Source: Candidatus Methylomirabilia bacterium (GTDB lineage: Bacteria > Methylomirabilota > Methylomirabilia > Rokubacteriales > CSP1-6). From it: a stretch of DNA of 64,000 bases. Location: contig JBGPXN010000001.1 of assembly GCA_041492755.1 (NCBI GenBank), forward strand, positions 40,710 through 104,709, read 5' to 3'. Shown piece by piece: positions 1 to 10,883 of the stretch (the stretch's first letter is position 1; every line of letters begins with the position of its first letter). The notes under the pieces are model-generated. The model was given only the letters and a program-made list of their open reading frames with translations, was not told the DNA's origin and ran no database searches. A program made the translations under genes and the position numbers.

Positions 1-1142
1 AGGGCCGTGTGGAGATCGACGAAGCGGACTTCGAAGTCGCGGCCGACGGTGACACCGCGCGTGTGAAATCCGTCGCGATTCGCCCCGACGACGTACTGGC
101 CTTCGCGCAGCGTGTCGTCGGCGAGAATCGGCACGCGGGCACCGAGCGGCCCGACCGAGCCCACCGGCACGCCGAGATGCTGCGGCACCTCGTCCGGGTG
201 CGCGGCGCGACACTCCTCGCCCATCGCGCGCATGAGCTTGCGCTCGTGGAGGCTGTGATCGCCCCGCAGCATGACGAGCACCGGCCCGGCCTTGGGCGCA
301 ACGTAGAGGAGCGACTTCGCGGTGAGCCGCGGGTCGATCTTCAAGAATGCCGCGACCTCCGCGATGGTGCGTGCCCCCGGCGTGGCGACCTCGTCGCGCG
401 GCGCCGCGGGGAACTCGGGCGCGCGCGGGACCGCGCGGGCCAGCTCGACGTTCGCGGCGTAGCCGCAGGTGGCGCACATCGCAATCTCGTCTTCGCCGGC
501 CGCGCTGGGCGCCATGAACTCGTGCGCGCTCTTGCCGCCCATCATGCCGGTGTCCGACTGCACGACGTGGAACCGCAATCCGGAGCGCTCGAAGATCCGC
601 CGGTAGGCGTGCTCGTGCGCGGCGTACGAACGGTCGAGGGCCGCGTCGTCGGCATCCAGCGTGTAGGAGTCCTTCATGACGAACTCGCGCGTGCGCAACA
701 CACCCGAGCGCGGCCGGGCTTCGTCGCGCTCCTTCGTCTGGATCTGGTACCAGATCTGCGGCAGGTCGCGGTAGGAGCGGATCTCGCGGGAGGCCAGCCA
801 GGCGACGACCTCTTCGTGCGTCATCCCGAGACACATGTCCCGCCCGTGCCGATCTCGCAACTTGAACATCTCGGGAATGCCGTCCCACCGTCCCGACTGC
901 TTCCAGATCTCGGCGGGATGGATGACGGGCATGGTGATCTCCTGCCCACCGATCGCGTTCATCTCCTCCCGGATGATAGCGGTGATCTTGTCGAGCACGC
1001 GCTGGCCGATGGGCAGCCACACGAACACGCCCGCCGCGAGCTGGCGCACGAGGCCGGCCCGCAGCATCAGCTTGTGACTGAGCGCCTCCGCCTCGGCCGG
1101 CTCCTCGCGGAGGGTGGGAACCAGGGACTTGGACAGCCGCAT
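1..1142 (-). CDS. proS: Proline--tRNA ligase (5' part; runs off window edge)
   Basis: Not in ORF track; manual translation MRLSKSLVPTLREEPAEAEALSHKLMLRAGLVRQLAAG...MTHEE...YQIQTKERDEARPRSGVLRTREFVMKDSY matches class II ProRS motifs. Confidence 0.95.
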   Translation of the reverse strand, partial: MRLSKSLVPTLREEPAEAEALSHKLMLRAGLVRQLAAGVFVWLPIGQRVLDKITAIIREEMNAIGGQEITMPVIHPAEIWKQSGRWDGIPEMFKLRDRHGRDMCLGMTHEEVVAWLASREIRSYRDLPQIWYQIQTKERDEARPRSGVLRTREFVMKDSYTLDADDAALDRSYAAHEHAYRRIFERSGLRFHVVQSDTGMMGGKSAHEFMAPSAAGEDEIAMCATCGYAANVELARAVPRAPEFPAAPRDEVATPGARTIAEVAAFLKIDPRLTAKSLLYVAPKAGPVLVMLRGDHSLHERKLMRAMGEECRAAHPDEVPQHLGVPVGSVGPLGARVPILADDTLREGQYVVGANRDGFHTRGVTVGRDFEVRFVDLHTA

Positions 1143-1169
1143 CGCTAGGAGTCCGTCCGGGTAACGCGG

Positions 1170-1246
1170 TGTCGAGGAGCGCCCCGGCTCCGCCGGGGTG
1201 CTGCCGAGAGCTGGGGGGTGTGGGGGGCCATGTCTGGGCCCCCCAC
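1170..1246. repeat. REP-like intergenic repeat, copy 1
   Basis: gtcgaggagcgccccggctccgccggggtgct...ggggggccatgtctgggcccccca; two hairpins shared with copies near 24.9, 31.2, 37.4 and 43.9 kb. Confidence 0.85.
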
Positions 1247-1579
1247 CTAGTGGGCGTCGGGCGTCTTGTTGGCCCCCTTCACCCCCGGGTCGTAGCGCAG
1301 GCGCTCCACGGGCTTGCCGCCCAGGATGTGGGACTTCAAGATCTCGGGCAGGTCGCTCTCCTGCACGCCGTGGTACCAGACGTCGTCGGGATAGACGACG
1401 ATCATCGGCCCGTGGCCGCACTGCGAGAAGCAGCCGGCCTTGTTGACGCGGACGTCGGTCTTGAGCCCGGCCTTGACGGCTTCTCCCCGCAGATACTTCA
1501 CGTACTCCTCGACGTTGCCGCGGGTCGGGCAGTCCTCCCCGCTCGTGCAGACGAAGACGTGCGTCTTGTACTGGCCCAT
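1247..1579 (-). CDS. Thioredoxin-like [2Fe-2S] ferredoxin
   Basis: HVFVCTSGEDC...KAGCFSQCGHGPMIVVYPDDVWY: four Cys and the family signature. Confidence 0.9.
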   Translation of the reverse strand: MGQYKTHVFVCTSGEDCPTRGNVEEYVKYLRGEAVKAGLKTDVRVNKAGCFSQCGHGPMIVVYPDDVWYHGVQESDLPEILKSHILGGKPVERLRYDPGVKGANKTPDAH

Positions 1580-2673
1580 CAGGCGTTGACCTCCGTCCCC
1601 TGCGCCGCCCGGCGCTCGGCGATGAATTTGTCGACCTCCTCGCGCATCGCCTGCACGATCCCGCTCTCGGGCACCTTGCGGATCACCTCACCGTGCTTGA
1701 AGATCAACCCGATCCCCTTCCCGCCCGCGACGCCGATGTCGGCCACCCGCGCCTCGCCGGGACCGTTGACTTCACATCCCATCACCGCGATGTGGATCTC
1801 TTCGTTGAGGCCCTTGAACTCGTCTTCCACTTCGCGGGCGAGCTTGACGAGGTCGACGTCGGCGCGGCCGCACGACGGGCAGGCGACGAAGGTGAGGCCG
1901 CCGCGACGCAGGCCGAGCGCCTTGAGGATGTCGATGCCGACGCGGACTTCTTCGGTGGGGTCGGCGGACAGGGACACGCGAATCGTGTCGCCGATGCCCT
2001 GGGAGAGGAGCGCGCCGAGGCCGACCGCGGACTTGATGGTGCCCACGCCGGGCGTGCCGGCCTCGGTGACGCCGAGATGGAACGGATAGTCCACCTGGTC
2101 GGCGAGCATCCGGTACGCCTCGATCATCATGGACGGATCGGACGCCTTGAGGGAGATCTTCATCTCCGGATAGTCACACTCTTCGAGGATCCGGATGTGT
2201 CGCAGCCCCGACTCCACCATCCCCTTCGCGCTGGGGCCGTTGTACTTCGCGAGCAGATCCTTCTCCAGCGAGCCCGCGTTGACGCCGATGCGGATGGGGA
2301 TCTTGCGGTCCTTGGCGAGGTTGACGACCTCCATCACGAACGGCTTGCCGCCGATGTTGCCCGGGTTGAGGCGGAGACCGTCCACACCCTGCTGGAGCGC
2401 GATGAGGGCCAGCTTGTAGTTGAAGTGGATGTCGGCCACCAGCGGGATGCGGATCTGCTTCTTGATCTCGCCGAGCTTCTCGGCGGCCTCGCGCACGGGC
2501 ACCGCGCAGCGCACGACGTCGCACCCGGCCGCCTCCAGCGACCAGATCTCGAGCAGCGTCGCTTCCACGTTCCGCGTGTCCGTCTTGGTCATGGACTGCA
2601 CGGTGATGGGCGCGTCACCGCCGATCTTGACGTTGCCGATCTGGATCTGCCGTGTTCTCCGCCGTTCGGTCAT
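1579..2673 (-). CDS. ispG: 4-hydroxy-3-methylbut-2-en-1-yl diphosphate synthase
   Basis: QSMT, PLVADIHF, RLNPGNIG, HLGVTEAG, ACPSCGR, MGCEVNGPGE; start trimmed to MTERRRTRQ. Confidence 0.96.
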   Translation of the reverse strand: MTERRRTRQIQIGNVKIGGDAPITVQSMTKTDTRNVEATLLEIWSLEAAGCDVVRCAVPVREAAEKLGEIKKQIRIPLVADIHFNYKLALIALQQGVDGLRLNPGNIGGKPFVMEVVNLAKDRKIPIRIGVNAGSLEKDLLAKYNGPSAKGMVESGLRHIRILEECDYPEMKISLKASDPSMMIEAYRMLADQVDYPFHLGVTEAGTPGVGTIKSAVGLGALLSQGIGDTIRVSLSADPTEEVRVGIDILKALGLRRGGLTFVACPSCGRADVDLVKLAREVEDEFKGLNEEIHIAVMGCEVNGPGEARVADIGVAGGKGIGLIFKHGEVIRKVPESGIVQAMREEVDKFIAERRAAQGTEVNA

Positions 2674-2684
2674 GTCACCCGTCC

Positions 2685-4049
2685 CTATCGAAAAAAGCGA
2701 AACGCGTCGATGCGCACGAGGTCGTTGTAGAGCGCATAGACCATGAGCAGCATGAGGAGCACGAAGCCGAGCTGCTGGGCGGCCTCCCGCTTCTTGAGCG
2801 AGAGCGGCCGGCCCCGGATGCCTTCGATGACGAAGAAGAAGAGGTGGCCGCCGTCCAGCATGGGGACGGGCAGCAGATTCAGCACCGCGAGGTTCACGCT
2901 GATGATCGCGGTGAAGAGCGCCAGTGAGGCGGCGCCTTCTTTGGCCTGGCGCCCGGCTTCGGCGGCGATCTGGATGGGGCCGCCGATGTTCGAGCGGTCG
3001 ATGGTCCCCCACACGACCTTCCACAGGCCCTTCACGGTGAGGACGGTCATGTCCCACGTCTTGACCGCGCCGTACGCGATGGCCTGGGGCAGTGGATACG
3101 GCTCGTAGCTCACCGTCTTCGTCACGATGCCGACGCCGATCCGACCGACTTCAGTCTCGCCCGTCGGCGTCTTTTCCTTCACGACGATCGCCGTCACCGG
3201 CACCGTCAGCGGGCGGCCGTCACGCTCGATGGTGATCTCGAACGTCTGACCGCCGCGCTTCTGGATCGCCTGCATCAGGTCCTCGGGCGTGAACACGGGT
3301 TGTCCGGCCACCGCCTTCACGACGTCGCCCGGCTTCAGTCCGGCCTTGTCGGCGGGTGATCCCGGGTTCACGGAGCCGATCTGCGGCGTGAGCTGCGGGC
3401 CGGCGCCGATCTCCCACGTTTCGCGGGCCTCCTTGAAGATGAGATCGCGCACGACGGTGAGACGCGGCTCGACCGTCACCGGCTGGGTCGCTCCGGCGGC
3501 GCGGGCGATCATCAGCGACAGCGGCTGGCCGGTGCTCGAGGTCAGCGCCCGCTCGAGATCTTCCCAGTACGCGACGGGCCTGCCGTCCACCGCCACCACC
3601 CTGTCGCCGGTGCGGAGTCCGGCGGCCGCCGCCGGGCTGTCCTCGGTCACACGTCCGATCACGGGGGCCCACACCGGCCGGCCGGCGGTGGCGAGGACGC
3701 CCATGAAGATGACGGCGGCCAGCACGAAGTTCATCCCCGGCCCGGCAAAGACGATGAGGAACCGCATCCAGAGCGGCTTCAGCGCGAACGCCTTGGACGG
3801 ATCCCACGGCATCGGCGCACCGCCCTCGAGCGGATTCTCCTCGCCCAGCATCTTCACGTAGCCGCCCATGGGAATGACGGACAGGCAGTACTCGGTCTCC
3901 TGGCCGCGCCAGCGCAGCAACACGGGACCGAAACCGATCGAGAAGCGCTCCACACCGACCCCACACCACCGCGCGACGATGAAGTGACCGAGCTCGTGGA
4001 TGAGGATGAGAATTCCGATGACGACGACGAAAGAAACCACCGTGGTCAC
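2685..4049 (-). CDS. rseP: RIP metalloprotease RseP
   Basis: HELGH zinc motif, two PDZ domains, NLLPVPMLDGG; GTG start overlaps dxr stop, GGAGG RBS upstream. Confidence 0.95.
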   Translation of the reverse strand: MTTVVSFVVVIGILILIHELGHFIVARWCGVGVERFSIGFGPVLLRWRGQETEYCLSVIPMGGYVKMLGEENPLEGGAPMPWDPSKAFALKPLWMRFLIVFAGPGMNFVLAAVIFMGVLATAGRPVWAPVIGRVTEDSPAAAAGLRTGDRVVAVDGRPVAYWEDLERALTSSTGQPLSLMIARAAGATQPVTVEPRLTVVRDLIFKEARETWEIGAGPQLTPQIGSVNPGSPADKAGLKPGDVVKAVAGQPVFTPEDLMQAIQKRGGQTFEITIERDGRPLTVPVTAIVVKEKTPTGETEVGRIGVGIVTKTVSYEPYPLPQAIAYGAVKTWDMTVLTVKGLWKVVWGTIDRSNIGGPIQIAAEAGRQAKEGAASLALFTAIISVNLAVLNLLPVPMLDGGHLFFFVIEGIRGRPLSLKKREAAQQLGFVLLMLLMVYALYNDLVRIDAFRFFR

Positions 4050-5221
4050 GACGACAAACCTCCCGACAGCGCGTCGACCAGATCCGCCGCCAGGCGACGG
4101 ACGTCGGCGTCGACCGCGACACATTCTTCGATGGACGTGAGCTCGCCGATCGGATACTTCCCGAGGGCGCGCTCGATCAGCTCGGGGATCTGGACGAATC
4201 GCAGGCGGCGGCCCAGGAAGGCGGCCACCGCCACTTCGTTCGCGGCGTTGAGGACGACGGGCGCCGCGCCGCCCCGCTCGAGCGCACCGCGGGCCAGCGC
4301 GAGGCAGGGAAACTTGACGGGGTCGGGCGCGAAGAAGGTCAGGCCCGAAAGCCGGGTGAGATCGAGCCGCGCCGACGGCGTCGGCCGGCGCTCGGGGTAC
4401 GTGAGCGCGTAGAGGATGGGCACGCCCATGTCGGCGACGCCCAGCTGGGCGATCACCGAGCCATCGATGTACTCCACCATCGAGTGGACGATCGACTGCG
4501 GATGCACGATGACCTGGACCTGCGCCGACGCGACGTCGAACAGCCAGCGCGCCTCGATCACTTCGAGGCCCTTGTTCATCAGGGTGGCGGAATCGACGGT
4601 GATCTTCGCCCCCATCTTCCACGTCGGATGCTTGAGGGCGTCTTCCACGGTGACCGCGGCCAGCGCGGACGCGGGCAGCTCGCGGAACGGTCCGCCGGAC
4701 GCGGTGAGGAGGATCTTATGGACGTCGCCGCGATTGTGTCCCTGCAGGCACTGGAACACCGCGCTGTGCTCGGAGTCCACGGGCAGCAACGGCACGCCGG
4801 CCTGGCGCGCCGCCGCCGTCATGAGGCTTCCGGCCATGACCAGCGTTTCCTTGTTGGCGAGGGCCACCGGTCGCCGCGCGCGGATCGCTGCCATCGTCGG
4901 TAGCAGCCCGGCGCCGCCGACCAGCGCCGACACCACGATGTCGGCTTCCGTTTCCCCCGCGAGCGCGGCCACCCCGGCCGGCCCGCCCAGCAACTCGGGC
5001 CGCGGCGCGGGCAGGTGCGCGGCGAGCCGATCGATGGCGGCCTCGTCCAGGAGCGCCACCGCCTGCGGCGCGTACTTGCGACAGAGATCGGCGATGAGCT
5101 CGACGTTCGAGCCCCGGGCGGCCAGACCGGCGATCGAGAATTCTTCCGGGAAACTCGAGACCAGCTCGAGCGTGCGGAGACCGATGGATCCGGTGGCGCC
5201 GAGCAGCGTGATGCGCTTCAC
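4046..5221 (-). CDS. dxr: 1-deoxy-D-xylulose-5-phosphate reductoisomerase
   Basis: LGATGSIG, LANKETLV, PVDSEHSA, HPTWKMGAKITVDSATLMNKGLE. Confidence 0.97.
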   Translation of the reverse strand: MKRITLLGATGSIGLRTLELVSSFPEEFSIAGLAARGSNVELIADLCRKYAPQAVALLDEAAIDRLAAHLPAPRPELLGGPAGVAALAGETEADIVVSALVGGAGLLPTMAAIRARRPVALANKETLVMAGSLMTAAARQAGVPLLPVDSEHSAVFQCLQGHNRGDVHKILLTASGGPFRELPASALAAVTVEDALKHPTWKMGAKITVDSATLMNKGLEVIEARWLFDVASAQVQVIVHPQSIVHSMVEYIDGSVIAQLGVADMGVPILYALTYPERRPTPSARLDLTRLSGLTFFAPDPVKFPCLALARGALERGGAAPVVLNAANEVAVAAFLGRRLRFVQIPELIERALGKYPIGELTSIEECVAVDADVRRLAADLVDALSGGLSS

Positions 5222-6078
5222 GACGTCGCCCCCCACAGCTTCACGTAGTAGTAGAAGGACGGGACGTTGAAGAGCAGGCTGTCGATCCGGTCGAGCATCC
5301 CGCCGTGACCGGGGATCAATGCGCCCGTGTCCTTCGTGCCGAGGCTTCGCTTGACCACCGATTCAGCGAGGTCGCCGAGTTGCCCCATCGCGCCGAGGAA
5401 CGCGCCGGCGCCGGCCGTGAAGGTGGCCGGCCACGCGGTCAGCAACCAGCGTCCCAGGATCAGCGCGGAGATCACGGAGACCACGAGCTGGGCGATCGCA
5501 CCCTCCATCGTCTTGGCCGGACTGATCGTCGGCGCGAGCCGATGCCGGCCGACCGTTGAGCCCACGAGGTAGGCGGCGGATTCACCAGCCCACGTCACGC
5601 CGACCAAGAACAGCACCAGCCACGCCCCCTCGGGGAGCTCGCGCAAGAGGACGGCGTGACCGAGCGGCCATCCCACGTAGACCGCGGCCAGCAGCCCCAC
5701 CGCCACCGGCTCGATGGACAGCGGAGCGCCCCCCCACACCGGGGCGCTCATGACCAGCATCACCACCCCGGTCAGCACGATCACCGATGCGCCGGACACG
5801 GCGAAGCTCAGCGTCACCGCGAACGCGGCGGCGACGCCCAGACGGGGATACGCCGGCCGACCCGCGCGCTGGAACATCCGTCCCAGCTCCCAGGCGGCCG
5901 CGGCGCTGACCGCCACCACGAGCGCGATGAAGACCGCCGCCGGCGCCGCCACCAGCACGAGGATGAACAGGGGGAGCAGCACGGCGGTGCTGAGGACGCG
6001 CTTCAGCATGTGGTCATACGCCGTCCTTCGGCGGACGGCCGGCGTGGCGGGCGCGACACCCCCCGGCAACCACGTCAA
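5218..6078 (-). CDS. cdsA: Phosphatidate cytidylyltransferase
   Basis: ISPAKTMEG...KRSLGTKDTGALIPGHGGMLDRIDS; hydrophobic; between uppS and dxr. Confidence 0.93.
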   Translation of the reverse strand: MTWLPGGVAPATPAVRRRTAYDHMLKRVLSTAVLLPLFILVLVAAPAAVFIALVVAVSAAAAWELGRMFQRAGRPAYPRLGVAAAFAVTLSFAVSGASVIVLTGVVMLVMSAPVWGGAPLSIEPVAVGLLAAVYVGWPLGHAVLLRELPEGAWLVLFLVGVTWAGESAAYLVGSTVGRHRLAPTISPAKTMEGAIAQLVVSVISALILGRWLLTAWPATFTAGAGAFLGAMGQLGDLAESVVKRSLGTKDTGALIPGHGGMLDRIDSLLFNVPSFYYYVKLWGATS

Positions 6079-6857
6079 ATCCCACCGAACCTGCGCGCGC
6101 GGCCCTGGTAGTCCGCGACCGCGCGGTACAAATCAACGGCACTGAAATCGGGCCACAGCGTCGGTGTGATCCACAGCTCGGTGTACGCGATCTGCCAGAG
6201 CAGGAAGTTGGAGATGCGCATCTCGCCGCTGGTGCGGATGAGCAGGTCCGGGTCCGGAATGCCGTCCGTGTACAGCGCGCGGCTCACGTGGGCCTCGGTG
6301 ATGTCTTCGGGCGCCAACTTCCCCGCCTGCACCTGGCCGGCCAACGTCCGCACCGCGTCCAGCAGCTCGTCGCGGCCGCCGTAGTTGAACGCGACGAGCA
6401 GGGTGAGCCCGGTATTCTCCGCCGTCTCCGCGGCCATGCGCTCGATGCCGCGCCGCACCCCCGACGGCACCCCGCGCATGCGACCGATGGGGCGCACGCG
6501 CACGTTCTGCTCCATGAGCTGGGGGAGCTCGCGCACGATCGCCTCTTCGAGGAGGCGCATCAGCATGGACACTTCGTCTTCGGGCCGATTCCAGTTCTCC
6601 GTGGAAAAGGCGTAGAGCGTGAGGTAGTCGAGCCCGATCTCGCCGGCCGCGCGCACGACCGCGTGCGCGGTCTTCACGCCTTCGCGGTGCCCCGCGATGC
6701 GCGGAAGCCCGCGACCGGTGGCCCACCGTCCGTTGCCGTCCATGATGACCGCGACGTGGGCGGGCAAGGGACGCGAGCGGACGAGCCCCCGCAGCTCGCC
6801 CTCATCGAGCGCGGCCGGCGCGGCGCGGAGGCCGGCGCTGGAGGATTTCAGCGGCAT
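6075..6857 (-). CDS. uppS: Isoprenyl transferase (undecaprenyl diphosphate synthase)
   Basis: HVAVIMDGNGRWA, YAFSTENWNRP, DLLIRTSGEMRISNFLLWQ. Confidence 0.97.
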   Translation of the reverse strand: MPLKSSSAGLRAAPAALDEGELRGLVRSRPLPAHVAVIMDGNGRWATGRGLPRIAGHREGVKTAHAVVRAAGEIGLDYLTLYAFSTENWNRPEDEVSMLMRLLEEAIVRELPQLMEQNVRVRPIGRMRGVPSGVRRGIERMAAETAENTGLTLLVAFNYGGRDELLDAVRTLAGQVQAGKLAPEDITEAHVSRALYTDGIPDPDLLIRTSGEMRISNFLLWQIAYTELWITPTLWPDFSAVDLYRAVADYQGRARRFGGI

Positions 6858-6872
6858 GAGCTTGCCATCTTA

Positions 6873-7433
6873 CTAAAACGAGAGGATTTCCCCTTCCTTC
6901 TTCTTGAGCAGCTCGTCCACTCTTGCGATGAGCTTGTCGGTCGTCTTCTGGATCTGATCGTGGCCCCGCCGCTCTTCGTCCTCGGACACTTTCTTGTCGC
7001 GGGCCAGGCCCTTGAGCTTGTCGTTGGCCTCGCGCCGGACGTTGCGGACGGCGACCCGGCCCTCCTCGGCGATCTTGTTGACGTTCTTGGCGAGCTGCTT
7101 GCGGCGCTCCTCGGTCAGCGTCGGCATGACGAGCCGGATCACTTTGCCGTCGTTGACCGGCGTCAGACCGAGGTCGGACTTCATGATCGCCTTCTCGATG
7201 GCCGGAAGCTGCGCCACCTCCCACGGCTGGATGACGAGCGTGCGCGGATCCGGGACCGCCAGCGACGCCATCTGAGAAATCGGAGTGAGCGTGCCGTAGT
7301 AGTCGACGCGCACGCTGTCGAGGAGCCCGGTGGACGCGCGCCCCGTGCGCACGGAGGCGAACTCGCGTCCGAGCGTGTCGATGGCGGAATTCATCCGGCT
7401 CTCCATGTCCTTGATGACATCTTGCATGGCCAT
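6873..7433 (-). CDS. frr: Ribosome recycling factor
   Basis: VRTGRAS, VDYYG, PTLTEERRKQL, RNVRREA. Confidence 0.97.
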   Translation of the reverse strand: MAMQDVIKDMESRMNSAIDTLGREFASVRTGRASTGLLDSVRVDYYGTLTPISQMASLAVPDPRTLVIQPWEVAQLPAIEKAIMKSDLGLTPVNDGKVIRLVMPTLTEERRKQLAKNVNKIAEEGRVAVRNVRREANDKLKGLARDKKVSEDEERRGHDQIQKTTDKLIARVDELLKKKEGEILSF

Positions 7434-7456
7434 GGCCGCTCCTTCCCGCCGGCCGG

Positions 7457-8800
<1,344 letters not shown>

Positions 8801-9562
8801 TCAGGCCTCGGTCTCGGCGACCGCCATCTCCGGCTCCGCCGTGGCCTCGGCCGCCGCCTCGTCGGCCTCGTCCTTGGCGAGCGTGCCGCGCCCTTCGAGG
8901 ATCGCGTCGGCGATCCGCCCGGTGATCAGCCGGACCGCGCGAATGGCGTCGTCATTGCCCGGCACCGGATAGTCGATGCCGGTCGGATCGCAGTTGGTGT
9001 CCACGATGGCCACGATGGGGATGCCCAGCCGCTGGGCCTCCGCCACCGCGATCTTCTCCTTCCGCGGATCGATGATGAACACCGCGGACGGCAGCTGCTC
9101 CATCATCTTGATCCCGATGAGCGCCTTCTCGAGCTTCAGGCGCTCGCGGTCGAGCTGGAGGGCCTCCTTTTTCGGCAGCCGCTCCACGGCGCCGCTTTCC
9201 TTCATCTCCTCGATCTTCTTCAGGCGGCCGATCGACTTTCGAATGGTGGCGAAGTTGGTCAGGGTGCCGCCCAGCCAGCGCTGGTTCACGTAGAACATCG
9301 CGCAGCGGCCGGCCTCCTCGAAGACGGTGTCTTGCGCCTGCTTCTTGGTGCCGATGAAGAGCACGCTGCCGCCACCGGCGGCAAGGTCGCGGACGAAGGC
9401 GTACGCTTCACGGAACTTCTTGAGGGTCTTTTGCAGATCGATGATGTAGATGCCGTTGCGCTCGCCGAAGATGTATTTCTGCATCTTCGGGTTCCAGCGC
9501 TTGGTTTGGTGGCCGAAGTGCACTCCAGCCTCGAGCAACTCCTTCATGGTCAGGGCAGCCAT
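8801..9562 (-). CDS. rpsB: 30S ribosomal protein S2
   Basis: [34 protein letters not shown]. Confidence 0.98.
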   Translation of the reverse strand: MAALTMKELLEAGVHFGHQTKRWNPKMQKYIFGERNGIYIIDLQKTLKKFREAYAFVRDLAAGGGSVLFIGTKKQAQDTVFEEAGRCAMFYVNQRWLGGTLTNFATIRKSIGRLKKIEEMKESGAVERLPKKEALQLDRERLKLEKALIGIKMMEQLPSAVFIIDPRKEKIAVAEAQRLGIPIVAIVDTNCDPTGIDYPVPGNDDAIRAVRLITGRIADAILEGRGTLAKDEADEAAAEATAEPEMAVAETEA

Positions 9563-9565
9563 GCA

Positions 9566-9645
9566 TCCTCCTTCGGTTTGCCTCCGCCGCGTCTATCGGG
9601 GCTCCCTGCGTGAAGCCCCGCACCGAAGTCGCGCGGCGTGAATGA
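9566..9645 (-). ncRNA. Probable rpsB leader (S2 autoregulatory, t44-like) structure
   Basis: Minus strand CACGCCGCG...CGCGGCGGAGGCAAACC-GAAGGAGG: closing stem with inner hairpin (ggggcttc/ggagcccc) just before the rpsB RBS. Confidence 0.55.
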
Positions 9646-9652
9646 TAGTGAG

Positions 9653-10867
9653 CTACGTCGTGTACTTCGCATTGATCCGCACGTACTCCTCGGAGAGGTC
9701 ACAGGTCCACACCCGCTCCTCTCCGCGGCCCAACCCCAGGTCGATCGTGATCGTGTAGGCCGGCTCTCCCATGATCTCGCGGATTCGGTCCAGGCGCGCG
9801 CCTTCCTTGCCCACCCCCCGCTCCACCAGCGGCTCGTCGGCGAAGGCGATACTGACCTTGTCCTGCTCCACGCGCGCCGCCGATTTCCCGAGCGCCATCA
9901 TGATCCGGCCCCAGTTCGGGTCCTGCCCGTTGATGGCGGTCTTCACCAGGGGCGAGTTGGCCACGCTGCGCGCCGCGGTCAGGGCGTCCCGGCGGCTGGC
10001 CGCGCCGCGGACGACGACGGTCACCAGCTTGGTGGCGCCTTCACCGTCGCTGACCAGCATCTGGGCCAGTCGGCCCGTGAGCGCCTCCAGACCCTGGGTG
10101 AACTGCCGGAAACCGCGCCCGCCCGACTCGAGGGGCGCGTTCTCCGCCAGCCCGTTGGCGAGCACGGCGACCGTATCGCTCGTCGACTGGTCGCCATCGA
10201 CGGTAATCCGGTTGAAGGAGCGGGCCGCGGCCCGGCGCAGCGCGGTCTGAAGGGCTTTGGCCGTCACGACCGCGTCGGTGGTGACGAAGCAGAACATCGT
10301 CGCCATGTGGGGCTCGATCATCCCCACCCCCTTGGCGATCCCGCCGAGCGTCACCGGACGGCCGTTCACCTCGAGGCGCAACGCCGCTTCCTTGGGGCGC
10401 GTGTCCGTCGTCATGATCGCTTCGGCGGCGGCGCGCCCGCCCTGCGGCGACAGCGACTTCACCAGCTTCGGGAGCGCGCTCCGGATCTTGTCCATCGGCA
10501 GCGGCACCCCGATGACCCCGGTGGCGCCGATCAGCACCTGCTTGGCCGAGATGCGGAGCAACTCACCGACGATTCCCGTGATCTCACGCGCGTCCTTGAC
10601 CCCCTGCTCGCCCGTGCACACGTTGGCGCAGCCGCTGGAGGCGACGATGGCTTGCGCGGTGCCGCCGCGAACGTGGTCCATCGAGACCAGCACCGAGGCA
10701 CCCTTGACCTGGTTCGTGGTGAACACGGCGGCCACGCGCGCGGGAGAGGAGGAGTAGATGAGGGCGAGGTCCTTCTTGCCGCTCGGCTTGATGCCCCCCG
10801 TGATACCAGCAGCAAGAATGCCCGGAACCGCGGTGACGCCGCCTCCCAGCCACTCGATCTCGCCCAA
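9653..10867 (-). CDS. argJ: Bifunctional glutamate N-acetyltransferase / amino-acid acetyltransferase
   Basis: AIMTTDT, KGVGMIEPHMATM, DGDQSTSD, DGEGATK, DPNWGRI, WTCDLS. Confidence 0.96.
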   Translation of the reverse strand: MGEIEWLGGGVTAVPGILAAGITGGIKPSGKKDLALIYSSSPARVAAVFTTNQVKGASVLVSMDHVRGGTAQAIVASSGCANVCTGEQGVKDAREITGIVGELLRISAKQVLIGATGVIGVPLPMDKIRSALPKLVKSLSPQGGRAAAEAIMTTDTRPKEAALRLEVNGRPVTLGGIAKGVGMIEPHMATMFCFVTTDAVVTAKALQTALRRAAARSFNRITVDGDQSTSDTVAVLANGLAENAPLESGGRGFRQFTQGLEALTGRLAQMLVSDGEGATKLVTVVVRGAASRRDALTAARSVANSPLVKTAINGQDPNWGRIMMALGKSAARVEQDKVSIAFADEPLVERGVGKEGARLDRIREIMGEPAYTITIDLGLGRGEERVWTCDLSEEYVRINAKYTT

Positions 10868-10883
10868 TGCTAACGATCGCTCC

